Below are positions 29,425 to 39,034 of a stretch of 64,000 nucleotides of DNA, in pieces (within the stretch, counting starts at the first letter, position 1; each line of letters begins with the position of its first letter). This DNA comes from Acidimicrobiales bacterium. Lineage in GTDB: Bacteria; Actinomycetota; Acidimicrobiia; Acidimicrobiales; SZUA-35. The translations under genes were made by a program, and so were the position numbers. The notes beneath the pieces were generated by a model. The model saw only the letters and a list, made by a program, of their open reading frames with translations, had not been told where the DNA came from and made no database searches. The stretch covers positions 3,977,423 to 4,041,422 of the forward strand of contig OZ244195.1 in assembly GCA_965216685.1 (NCBI GenBank), given 5' to 3'.

Positions 29425-31392
29425 TTAAACCAGGAGGGGGTCGGTGATGACCTCGACCAGGGCCGGCCCGTCGTGGGCCAGGGCCCGAACCAGGGCGTCG
29501 CTCAGCTCGGCGGCGTCGGTCACCCGGTAGCCCCGACCGCCGCACAGTTCGGCGAACTGGGAGAAATCGGGGTTGTGGAGCGAGGTCTGCCAGACGTCCC
29601 ATTCGCCGGCCCGCTGTTCCTTGGAGATCTTGCCCAGCTCGCTGTTGTTGAGCAGAACGTGGGTGATGTTCATGCCGTATTTGACGGCGGTGGTGAACTC
29701 CATGGCGTACTGGCCAAAGCCCCCGTCGCCGCTGATGCTCACCACCTGGCGGGCGGCTCCCACCGCGGCCCACGCTCCCATGGCGGCCGGGAAGGAGAAG
29801 CCGATTGAGCCCAGATAGCCCGACATCAACAGGTCCTGGTGGCCTGAGGCTTCGAAGTAGCGGCCGAACGAGTATGTGTTGTTGCCCACGTCGACACAGA
29901 TGACGGCGTCGTCGGCCACCGCCCCGCTCAAGGCGGCCATGACCACTGCGGCGTTGAGACCGTTGCCGTCGTCGTCGGCCTGACGACTGGATTTCTCCTC
30001 GGTCCAGATGGCCCAGCGCTCGGCCAGATCCGCTCGAAGATCCGATGCCGGCCGCCCGGCGGCGAGGCATTGACCGGCCAGGATTTCGGCCGAGACCCCG
30101 ATGTCGCCCAGAACGGGCACGTCGACGGGGTGGAAGCGGCCGATGGCCATCGGATCGTTGTCGACCTGGATCAATGGCTTGTAGGTGGCGATCCCGGTGT
30201 GGTTGGCGAAGCTGGCCCCCAACACGATGATCAGATCACTCTCGTTCATCATCCAGGAGGCAACCGGGGTGCCCGACCGGCCCAGCACTCCGCAGGCCAG
30301 TTCGTGATCGTCGGCCAGAAGTCCCTTGGCCTTGAACGTCGTCGCCACCGGGGCTCCCAGGGCTTGGGCCAGGGTGAGTACTTCGTTCTTGTGGTGGCGG
30401 GCGCCGTTGCCGACGATGATGAGTGGCCGCTCCGATTGGGCCAGCAGGTCGGCGGCGGCGTCGATCTGGGAGTCGGCGGGCCGGTGGGCGTGGCCGCCGG
30501 TGCGTCCGGTGGGTGATCCGGCCGGGGTGTCGTCGGGCACCGGCCGATGCTGTAGCTCGTCGGGGAAGATCAGATGGGCCACGTTGCGCTCGACGATGGC
30601 GGTCTTCATGGCCAGATTGGCCAGCTCGGCGAAATCGGAGTCGGCGTGGAACGTCTCGCTGAAGGCCGAGACATCGGCGAACGCTCCCTCCAGGTTGGTG
30701 TCCTGGAAGGCCCCCCGGCCCTTGACCGCGGAGGGAACCTGACCCGACAGGGCCAGCACCGGGGCCCGGTCCTCCTTGGCGTCGTACAGCCCGGTCAACA
30801 GGTTGGTGGAGCCGGGACCGGCGATCCCGAAACAGGCCGCCGGGCGACCGGTGAGCTTACCGAAGGCCGAGGCGGCGAACGCCGCCGCCCCCTCGTGGCG
30901 GATCCCGATGTAGGTCAGATCGCCCCGTTCGGTGGCCTTGCGCATGGCGTCGGCCAGACCCAGATTGGAGTGCCCGACCATGCCGAACACATGACTGAGA
31001 CCCCAGGCCGTCAGCGTTTCCACCACCACGTCGGAGATCGTTCGATCTTCGACCGGAGCAGGACGAGGGAGACCGACCCAGACGCCGTCATCCCTGACGT
31101 CGGTGGGAAAGCAGTCGACCGAGTCCGAGAAGCCTCCCGGCGGTTGGCCGTCGATGGGGGAGTAGTCGTAGCCGTGCCACGGACAGCGCAGCCAACCGTT
31201 TTCGATCGAACCCTCGCCCAACGGTCCACCCTGATGGGGACAGGCGTTGCCCAGACATCCGAATTGGCCGTCGACATGGCTGACGGCGAAGGAGCGACGG
31301 CCGACCGTCACGGTCTTGACCCGGCCGTCCTCCAACTCATCGAGATCCAAGATCTTGTGCCATTCGAGATCGGAGGCTGCAGGATCAGTCAA
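29425..31392 (-). CDS. Rieske [2Fe-2S]-fused thiamine-diphosphate enzyme (pyruvate oxidase-like)
   Basis: CPHQGG...CPWHG Rieske; IRHEG, GPGSTN, GDGGFGQ...NN ThDP motif; TTG start at 31392 is tentative. Confidence 0.88.
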   Translation of the reverse strand: MTDPAASDLEWHKILDLDELEDGRVKTVTVGRRSFAVSHVDGQFGCLGNACPHQGGPLGEGSIENGWLRCPWHGYDYSPIDGQPPGGFSDSVDCFPTDVRDDGVWVGLPRPAPVEDRTISDVVVETLTAWGLSHVFGMVGHSNLGLADAMRKATERGDLTYIGIRHEGAAAFAASAFGKLTGRPAACFGIAGPGSTNLLTGLYDAKEDRAPVLALSGQVPSAVKGRGAFQDTNLEGAFADVSAFSETFHADSDFAELANLAMKTAIVERNVAHLIFPDELQHRPVPDDTPAGSPTGRTGGHAHRPADSQIDAAADLLAQSERPLIIVGNGARHHKNEVLTLAQALGAPVATTFKAKGLLADDHELACGVLGRSGTPVASWMMNESDLIIVLGASFANHTGIATYKPLIQVDNDPMAIGRFHPVDVPVLGDIGVSAEILAGQCLAAGRPASDLRADLAERWAIWTEEKSSRQADDDGNGLNAAVVMAALSGAVADDAVICVDVGNNTYSFGRYFEASGHQDLLMSGYLGSIGFSFPAAMGAWAAVGAARQVVSISGDGGFGQYAMEFTTAVKYGMNITHVLLNNSELGKISKEQRAGEWDVWQTSLHNPDFSQFAELCGGRGYRVTDAAELSDALVRALAHDGPALVEVITDPLLV

Positions 31393-31505
31393 GGCGGGAC
31401 GACCTTTCGGTGGGGCGATCCGTTCAGTATCGCATTGATTTGCCGTTCTCGTGCTGTGCACCTGTGCCGTGAACCGTTTGTCGGGTCCGGATCGACAGAG
31501 TTGCC

Positions 31506-33759
31506 ATGCTGGCCATGACAGTCCGTTCGATTCGGTTGCCATCGGTAGTCGTTGCTCTCCTGCTGGTTCTCACCGCCTGTGAGCCGCTCCCCCCGCCGAC
31601 ACCGCGGCCGATGCCGCTGACGACGCCGTCGGGTCCGCCCACAATCGTGTCTCAGACCGTGCCCGATTCCGGGTCGCGGACCTACTCCTTGGGCATCACC
31701 CCGTTCCCTCACGACGTGACCGTCGAGGCGGTCGACGCAGCCTATGCCGTGATGGCCGAACACGCCGATCTACTGGCCTTCCACAGCACCGAAGGAGTGC
31801 CCTGGACGGAGGCGGCGGCCGCTACCGGTTTCCCCGGTTACGGCCCCAACCTGCAGGACAAGTGGCGACGACACCGAGCAGCGATCACCGCCAACCCCGG
31901 ACACGAGGTCTATCTCGGCCTGACACCGCTGAACGACGCCCGCTCCGGTCTGGCCGACTACTGGGCCGAGGCCGAGCACCTGCCCCCACCCGACGGCTTC
32001 GCCGCCGAACGGCTGGACTCGGCCCCGGTGGTTGATGCCTACATCAACTATGTGCTGTCGGCAGTGGAGTGGTACGAGCCCGACTATCTGGCCATCGGGC
32101 TCGAGGTCAACCTTCTGGCCAAGAACGATCCGGCTCGTTGGCCGCAGCTGGTTGAACTGCTGAACGCCACGTACCGGGCGGTGAAGGACCGTCATCCCCA
32201 TCTACCCGTCTTCTCGACGGTTGCCGCCGTCGATCTGCTCGAAGGTTGGACCGACGGCGATCATCTCGCCCAGCGGGCGGCACTGGAGGAGGTTCTCGCC
32301 GCCAGCGACTATCTGGCTCTCTCGTTCCATCCTTTCGCCAGCAACCATCTGACCGGTCCGCTGCCCGATGACGCATTCGACACACTGGCCCAGTTGGCCG
32401 GCGGGCGTCCAATGGCGGTGGCCGAGACCGGATACCCGGCCCAGACGACGAGCTTTCGGAGTTTCGATTTCACGTTGGAAGGAACGCCGGGCAAGCAACG
32501 GGAATGGATCGACACCGTCCTGAACGCGGCGGAGCAGCACCGGATGAGATTCGTGGTCAACTTCATCGGCCGTGACTACGACGCTCTCTGGAGGGCCATC
32601 GGTTCGACCGACGAGGCGGCCCCGTGGCGGGACACCGGCCTGCTGGACGAACAGGGCCGAGCCCGTCCCGCTCTCGACCGGTGGCACCAGGCCCTCTCCA
32701 TTCCCCGCCAGCGGCCCCGGACCGACCACCGCGCCGTCGAGATCGTGCCGGGCGGGCCGGGGACTGCGCAGCTGGTCACCCGACGGCAGCCGCTATCTGG
32801 TCAATGGCAAAGACGACCATGGCGTCTACCAGCTCTATCTCAGCCCGGCCCACGGCGCTTCGGAGACCTGCATCACCTGTGGCCACGGTGCGGGCGCACC
32901 GGCCGCCGATCGTCACAAGCTGCAACCACGGTGGCACCCGTCGGGACAGTGGATCGCCCTCGCCGTCGAACGCCCAGAGTACGAACCGCCGCCCTTCTCG
33001 ACCCCTGAGATCATCGAAGGACTGGTCAACTCGGGTCTGTGGGTGGACATCTACCTGACAACGCCCGACGGCAGCCGGTGGTACCAGCTCACCGACTTCG
33101 CCAACGACCAGTCCGACGGCTTCACCGGCGTGGCCTTCAGTCCCGACGGGACCAGGGCGGCGTGGGCCGAGATCATCGACGGCAACATCTTCGAGAACGT
33201 GTTCGGCCGGTGGAAGCTGCTGCTGGCCGATGTCGAGGTGGCCGAAGACGGAACACCGTCGTTCACCAACCGGACCGACATCACTCCCGAGGGGGCACGC
33301 TGGGTCGAACCGGGCAACTTCGCCCCCGACGGGCGTTCGCTGCTGATTTCATCCGACATCGGTCTGGACGACGCCCAGGGCATGGATCAATACGTGCTCG
33401 ACACAGCCACCGGCTCGGTGAGGAACCTGACCAACAGCCCCGGAATCTGGGATGAGCACGGCGTCTTCTCACCGGACGGAACCAAGATCTTCTTCATGAG
33501 TTCCTATCCCTTTCGGGACGATCCGTGGGTGCACAACACGCTGTTTCTCAAGACCGAGTTCATGTTGATGAACGCCGACGGCAGCGGCCTGGAACAGCTG
33601 ACCTACTTCAACACGCCGGGCCACGAGGAATCGAACACCGGCGGTCGGCTGAGCGTGGCCGCCAACGGCGAGTGGCATCCCGACGGGACGTCGATCTCGG
33701 CGCTGAACCTGTTCTTCCCGACCTACGAAACCTGGACGATCCGCTTCAAGCAGACCTAG
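31506..33759 (+). pseudogene. Lipoprotein with clan GH-A-like domain plus TolB/PD40 beta-propeller, split by an apparent +1 frameshift near 32750-32763
   Basis: Lipobox LTAC; IGLEVN and VAETGYP in ORF 31506; WSPDG, WHPSG, FSPDG repeats in ORF 32572, which has no plausible start of its own. Confidence 0.65.
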
Positions 33760-33771
33760 GTCCTGTACCCG

Positions 33772-35184
33772 CTACTCCATGGCGGCCAGGATGGCGTCGA
33801 TCTCGGCGCTGGTGGTGCGGGGATTGATGAAGCAGAAGCGGAAGACCGGTTTGCCGTCATGGCGGCTGGGCACGACGAAGCCGGTGCCGTCGGCCAGCAT
33901 CTTCTCGGTGCACGCCTGGTATTGGGCGGCGGTCCAGCCGATGCGCTCGAAGACGATGATCGACAGGCCGGGCTCCCACACCAGCCGTAGGTGATCGGCC
34001 ACTTCCACCTTTGCTGCCGCCTCGGCCGCCAGGTCGAGGGTGCGTTGCACCGCCTCGCCGTAGTTGCGGGTGCCGTAGCTGGCCAACGAGAACCAGAAGG
34101 GTAGACCTCGGGATCGACGGGTCAACTGGATGGCGAAGTCGCTGGGGTTCCAGTCGCCGTATACGTCGAGAAACTCCAGGTATTCGGCATGCTGGGAGTG
34201 AACGGCCCGAGCCTGGTCGGGATCCCGCCACAACAGGGCGCAGCAGTCGAAGGGGGCGAAGAGCCACTTGTGAGGGTCGATGATGATCGAGTCGGCCTGC
34301 TCGATGCCGTCGAACAGGTGGCGGGCCTTGGGGGCGGCCAAGGCGCCTCCGCCGTAGGCGGCGTCGACATGGAAGAAGACCTGGCGGTCGTTGCAGACCC
34401 GGCCGACCGATGCCAGGTCATCGATCACTCCCAGATTGGTGGAGCCGGCGGTGGCCACCACACCGGCGATCCGATCGCCGTGTTCATCGAGGGCGGCGGC
34501 CACCAGGTCGCCGGTCAGCCGTCGGTCGGCCCCGGTTGGTACGGCGATGGCGTCGGCATCCATCACCATGGCGGCCGAAGGAACCGACGAGTGAGCCGTG
34601 TCGGAGACCAGGAAGGCCCAACGATCAGGCCGCTCCACTCCCCGCTGCTCGAGCCGGGCCTGGGCTGAACCCCTGGCCCCGACCAGGGCGGAGAGATTGC
34701 CGATGGTGCCCCCCTGCACGAACACGCCGCCTGATTCGCCGCTCAATCCGGCCAGATCGCATAGCCAACGCAGGGCTTCGTTTTCGGCGTAGGTGGCTCC
34801 GGCCCCCTCCAGCCATGACCCGCCGTAGATCGATTCGGCTCCCACCACCAGGTCGAACAGCACCGCCGCCTCGGTCGGGGCGGCGGGAACGAATGACAGG
34901 TAGCGGGTGTTGTCGACCGACAGGCAGGCCGGAGCCAGAACCTCGGCGAAGGCTTTGAGGGCCCGACCGCTGCCGATGCCTTCGGTGGTGATGGTGGGGC
35001 CACCGAGGGCTTCCAGCAGCTCCTGGGCCGAAGCCGAACGGCCCATGGGGGTGGGGTCGAGCGAGACCCGGTCCTTGGCGTAGGCCAGGATGTCATCGGC
35101 CAGAGCATCGATATCGGGTGTGTAGTCGTGCATGGGAGCGGGGTGTTTGAACGACGGATCACCACCGGCCAGGTGATCGGTCAC
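33772..35184 (-). CDS. Group II PLP-dependent amino acid decarboxylase
   Basis: GVFVQGGTIGNL, AHSS, TAGSTNLG.ID, HVDAAYGG, DPHKWL; GTGA-coupled to the upstream SBP gene. Confidence 0.9.
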   Translation of the reverse strand: MTDHLAGGDPSFKHPAPMHDYTPDIDALADDILAYAKDRVSLDPTPMGRSASAQELLEALGGPTITTEGIGSGRALKAFAEVLAPACLSVDNTRYLSFVPAAPTEAAVLFDLVVGAESIYGGSWLEGAGATYAENEALRWLCDLAGLSGESGGVFVQGGTIGNLSALVGARGSAQARLEQRGVERPDRWAFLVSDTAHSSVPSAAMVMDADAIAVPTGADRRLTGDLVAAALDEHGDRIAGVVATAGSTNLGVIDDLASVGRVCNDRQVFFHVDAAYGGGALAAPKARHLFDGIEQADSIIIDPHKWLFAPFDCCALLWRDPDQARAVHSQHAEYLEFLDVYGDWNPSDFAIQLTRRSRGLPFWFSLASYGTRNYGEAVQRTLDLAAEAAAKVEVADHLRLVWEPGLSIIVFERIGWTAAQYQACTEKMLADGTGFVVPSRHDGKPVFRFCFINPRTTSAEIDAILAAME

Positions 35185-36356
35185 GAGCTCTCCACCAGTT
35201 GGCCGTAGCGGTCGTCCAATACTTGTTCATCGGCCGGATCAAGGCCGCCCCAAGTGAACAGTCGACTTCTGGTGGCATCGTCGGGGAAGAGGATCGGACT
35301 GTTGGCCAGTTCGGCCGATGCTCCTCCCCGGGCCAACAGCTGCTCCTGGACACCGAGCACCGGCGAGATGTAGGACACCCATTCGGTGATACGGGCGGCG
35401 TTGGCTGGATCGTACACGAAGTTCATGAATCGACCGGCGGCGGCCAAGGCCGGTGAACCTCGGGGGATCACCATCGTGTCGAACCACTGCACCGCCCCTT
35501 CTTCGGGGATGACGAACTCGATGTCGGGCCGATCGTTCTGCAACAGGGCCATGTCGCCCGACCAGGCCATGGCCGCCACCAGCTGACCGCCGGCCAGGAG
35601 GTCGGCGAACTCCTCGAAGGTGAAGGCCCCGACCTGGCCCGAGGCGGCGGCGTCGGTGATGACATCGAGGGCGGCCTCGGCCGCGGCCAAGGTCGGCCGC
35701 GACGGATCGTCGCCGTTGGCCAGCATCATGAGGCCGACGGCCTCCCGCATCTCGCCGATGAATCCGACCCGCCCGGCGAACGCCGGATCGAGCAGGTCGG
35801 AGATGGACGTGATCGGGCGGCCGGTCAATTCCGGGTCGTAGGCAATACCGGTGATGCCGGCCTGCCAGGGCATCTGGTGGCGACAACCCCGGTCCCAGGA
35901 GTTGGTGAGGAAGGCCGGATCGATGTTGACGTGATTGGGGATGACCTCAATGGGTAGGGCTTCGGCCCATCCGTTGGCGATCATCTCGGCCGCCCGCCAG
36001 TTGGTGGGGACCACGATGTCCCACTGGGGAACGTCGACGTTCACCGCCTCGTCCAACACCTTCTGGAAGCCGTCGATGTTGTCGAGGTAGCCGTCGTCGT
36101 AGACCACCGACAGACCCTCGTCGGCCATGGCCGTCAGCGTTCCCCCGGCGTAGTACGGAACGCCCTCGTCGTCGACATCGATGTAGTCCTGCCAGTTCAA
36201 CACCCGGACCATGGCATCGGTGCCCAGGTCGACGTCACGTCCACCGCCGGCGGACGTGCATGCCCCGAGGCCGAACGCCCCGACACCGGTCGCTCCCAAA
36301 CCGGCCAGGAAACGGCGACGGCTGAGTGGACGCATAGCCTGCGATCGCCGGTTCAT
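35181..36356 (-). CDS. PotD/PotF-class (spermidine/putrescine-type) substrate-binding Tat lipoprotein
   Basis: SRRRFL Tat motif plus LGAC lipobox; LNWQDYID, DIVVPT, PWQAGITGIAY, WSGD, PEEG..WFD. Confidence 0.88.
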   Translation of the reverse strand: MNRRSQAMRPLSRRRFLAGLGATGVGAFGLGACTSAGGGRDVDLGTDAMVRVLNWQDYIDVDDEGVPYYAGGTLTAMADEGLSVVYDDGYLDNIDGFQKVLDEAVNVDVPQWDIVVPTNWRAAEMIANGWAEALPIEVIPNHVNIDPAFLTNSWDRGCRHQMPWQAGITGIAYDPELTGRPITSISDLLDPAFAGRVGFIGEMREAVGLMMLANGDDPSRPTLAAAEAALDVITDAAASGQVGAFTFEEFADLLAGGQLVAAMAWSGDMALLQNDRPDIEFVIPEEGAVQWFDTMVIPRGSPALAAAGRFMNFVYDPANAARITEWVSYISPVLGVQEQLLARGGASAELANSPILFPDDATRSRLFTWGGLDPADEQVLDDRYGQLVESS

Positions 36357-37690
36357 CGGTAGTCTCCCAGGCGGCGCTGCAAGCCGATGATGGTCAAGAT
36401 CCCGGCCAGAACCGACAGCAGGAGGCAGATCCAGGGCAACCGTTCCACCGCCGAGCGGGCCAGGGCGACGCCGTCGGTGAATTGGGTTCGATTGTCGGAC
36501 AGCACCGATTCGATGGCCGTGTTCACCCCGTTGAATGTGGACAGGCCCTGGCCCTGGAAGATGGCCAGCGCCGCGTCCTGGTCACCGGCTTCGGCCAGGG
36601 TGGTGACATCAACCGCGACGTCCCGGTAACGACCCCAACGGACGGCCAATGCCTCGGCCGCCGCTTGTTCCCGGTCGGAGTCGGCGGCCTCGACCGTGGC
36701 CACGACGGCGGTTTCGCCGTCGCTGATGAGCTCGCTGACGGTCACATTCCGCGAACCCTGACCGGGGGAATCGAGAAGTAGGAGCCCGAGCTGTGACTGC
36801 AGGCCGAACGTGGCCTCCTGCATCTGGGCGCTGGCCACAACGGCGTCGTATCCGCCGGCGCTGGCATCGTTGAGAGCCTGCTGGCGAACGGCGTAGCCGT
36901 TTATCAGTACGGCCAGGAAGCCGATGAAAGCCAGGGTGGCCAGGAGCAGAAGCGGATTGATGATCCGCCGCACCCGTTTGGCCAGACCGTATTGGACCCA
37001 GGCCAACACGATGAGCGTCAACAGTCCCAGCCCGACGGCCAGCGCCACCAGGAGGTCGCCTCGGGCCGCCTCGTCGTCGTAGCGATTGTTGGCCAGTGTG
37101 GTGATGGTTCCCACGGTCGGTCCGATCTCGGCGTCGACCAGGGCCAGGGCCGTTCGCAGCCGATCGTCGGCGTCGGCCACGCCGTTAAGATTGGCCACTC
37201 GGGCACCCTCGACTGCGCTGCCGTACTCGGTCAAGGAGGCGGAGATGGTCTGCAAGGCGGCGGCCGACTCGGCGCCATCGCCCCCGGATCCGTCGACGCC
37301 GGTCCGTCCCAGATCGGCCGAGACCACGGTCAGTTGCTCGGTGGCCCGTCGGCGGGCGTCGAGATAGAGATTCCGGCTGGCCCGATCCTCGACCCCAACG
37401 GCGTCGACTGACAAGTGGGCGGCCGTGGCCGCGGCGTTGGCCTCGGCCACCGAGGCGAACAGATCCTGCACCTCGATCAACGACGGAGCGGTCGATTCAC
37501 TGGTGGTGCGGGCGGCGTCCTGGAGGAGAAACCCGCCGACGACCCCGAGCACGCCGCTGGCCGCCATCAGGATGGGCACGATGACCATCCAGCGCTGCAG
37601 GAACCGCACTGTTCGTCCGCCACCGGGGCCGACGGCCACAGCCGACGACGTTGGAGCCGGGGGGCTGGCGGTCGCGGGAGTGGTGGTCAT
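36353..37690 (-). CDS. glnX: GlnX-like membrane sensor (about 4 TM, two extracytoplasmic helical bundles)
   Basis: LFASVAEANAAATAA, LTEYGSAVEGARVAN..G, RRIINP.L, C-terminal GLQRRLGDYR, resembling actinobacterial GlnX; divergent from pknG. Confidence 0.75.
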   Translation of the reverse strand: MTTTPATASPPAPTSSAVAVGPGGGRTVRFLQRWMVIVPILMAASGVLGVVGGFLLQDAARTTSESTAPSLIEVQDLFASVAEANAAATAAHLSVDAVGVEDRASRNLYLDARRRATEQLTVVSADLGRTGVDGSGGDGAESAAALQTISASLTEYGSAVEGARVANLNGVADADDRLRTALALVDAEIGPTVGTITTLANNRYDDEAARGDLLVALAVGLGLLTLIVLAWVQYGLAKRVRRIINPLLLLATLAFIGFLAVLINGYAVRQQALNDASAGGYDAVVASAQMQEATFGLQSQLGLLLLDSPGQGSRNVTVSELISDGETAVVATVEAADSDREQAAAEALAVRWGRYRDVAVDVTTLAEAGDQDAALAIFQGQGLSTFNGVNTAIESVLSDNRTQFTDGVALARSAVERLPWICLLLSVLAGILTIIGLQRRLGDYR

Positions 37691-37807
37691 GACGTCCAAC
37701 AGCTTAGTGTCCTGTCAGGTTGGTCCGTTGTCTGTGCGACGGGCGCGCCCGTCGCGGTCCGCCGACAGCGGCCGAAGACGGCGTGGGCAAACTATGCTCA
37801 AGTCACT

Positions 37808-39028
37808 GTGGCGTCGGACCATTCCCACCAATCCGGATCACCATCCGCCCCTGGTCGATCCCTTTCATTGGACGGTGTCGGCGGGCTGGAACGGTTGACG
37901 GCGGCGGTGAACGGCCTGCGGGCCGGAATTGTCGAGCTGGAGCAGTTGCCCTCCTATCTGATGCTGGCCGACGCCGAGCCCGGGACCAAGACAGCGGCCG
38001 CCTACGCCACCGCGGTCGGCCAGGCCGCCGACTTCTGGCCCCTGCTCGACGGGTTGACCGACCGGATCGAACAGGGTCGACGGTTTGTCGAGGAACACCG
38101 GCTGGACACCGGTTCCACCGGCCGACGGGTCGACGAGCTGTCACGACTGACAACCCAACCGATGACCGTTGCCCTGACCGACGGGCACCGAACCCTGGCC
38201 GTGACCGCCGCCATCGACCTGCTCCGCCAACGCTACGACGCCGTCCATCACGGCGTCAGCCGCATCGACCGGGCCTGGCTCGACGTCCTCCCCCGGGTCG
38301 AAGCGGCCCGGGAGACGGTGGAGCGATTGAAGGCCGAGGCCGAGACCCTGGGAGTGGTCGAGCCCCTTATCGGGAGAGCCGAGCGGCGGGCCGAGGATCT
38401 GGCCGAACGGCTACTGGTCGACCCGATCAGCGTCGCCGACTCGGAGGGAATCGAGCTCGACCGTCTGGTGGCCGATGCCGCCCGCCACATGTCCGGCCTG
38501 CGGTCGGGCCACGACAACCTGGGCGATGATCTGGCCGAGACCGGCAACATCTTGGCCTCGCTTCGTGTCCTGCGGACCAGGGCGGCGGCGGCCGCCACCG
38601 AGGCTCGGCAGAAGGTGGTGAACCCCCGGGATCTCGTCACGGCGCCGGCCCGGACGATCATCGACGGCCCGGGCGGCCTGGCCCAACGACTGGATGAGCT
38701 GTTGGCCCTGGCCGATGGTGCCGAGGGCGCAGCCCTCTGGACCCGGCAGCGAACGCTGCTCGATCAGTGGCTGGCCATGGCGGCCAAGCTGGAACGACAG
38801 CTGACCGAAGCCGGGCATCGCAACCGGCGCGACCTCGATCGACGAGACGAACTCCGGGGCCGTCTGCAGGCCTTTCAGGCCAAGATGGCGGCCACCGGTC
38901 ATGCCGAATCGGCCGCCGCCATGGAACTGGCCGACTCGGCCTGGACAGAGCTCTACACTGCTCCCAGTGATCTGGATGCCGCCGAAGAGGCCATCGCCCA
39001 GCTGGCCGTCGAACTGCGAAAGCGCTGA
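37808..39028 (+). CDS. All-helical/coiled-coil protein upstream of the PknG-like kinase
   Basis: Heptad-rich; C-terminal RRDELRGRLQAFQAK...LYTAPSDL; GTG start 37808 chosen because the longer ORF overlaps glnX. Confidence 0.75.
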   Translation: MASDHSHQSGSPSAPGRSLSLDGVGGLERLTAAVNGLRAGIVELEQLPSYLMLADAEPGTKTAAAYATAVGQAADFWPLLDGLTDRIEQGRRFVEEHRLDTGSTGRRVDELSRLTTQPMTVALTDGHRTLAVTAAIDLLRQRYDAVHHGVSRIDRAWLDVLPRVEAARETVERLKAEAETLGVVEPLIGRAERRAEDLAERLLVDPISVADSEGIELDRLVADAARHMSGLRSGHDNLGDDLAETGNILASLRVLRTRAAAAATEARQKVVNPRDLVTAPARTIIDGPGGLAQRLDELLALADGAEGAALWTRQRTLLDQWLAMAAKLERQLTEAGHRNRRDLDRRDELRGRLQAFQAKMAATGHAESAAAMELADSAWTELYTAPSDLDAAEEAIAQLAVELRKR

Positions 39029-39034
39029 TCTGCG

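Noticed and set aside
35181-36356. Polyamine ABC transporter operon
   Set aside because: No potA/B/C-like ATPase or permease adjacent; neighbours are glnX-like and a decarboxylase
37415-37807. N-terminal 131 aa of the 537-aa ORF
   Set aside because: Overlaps glnX antisense and the divergent promoter region; low-complexity shadow translation
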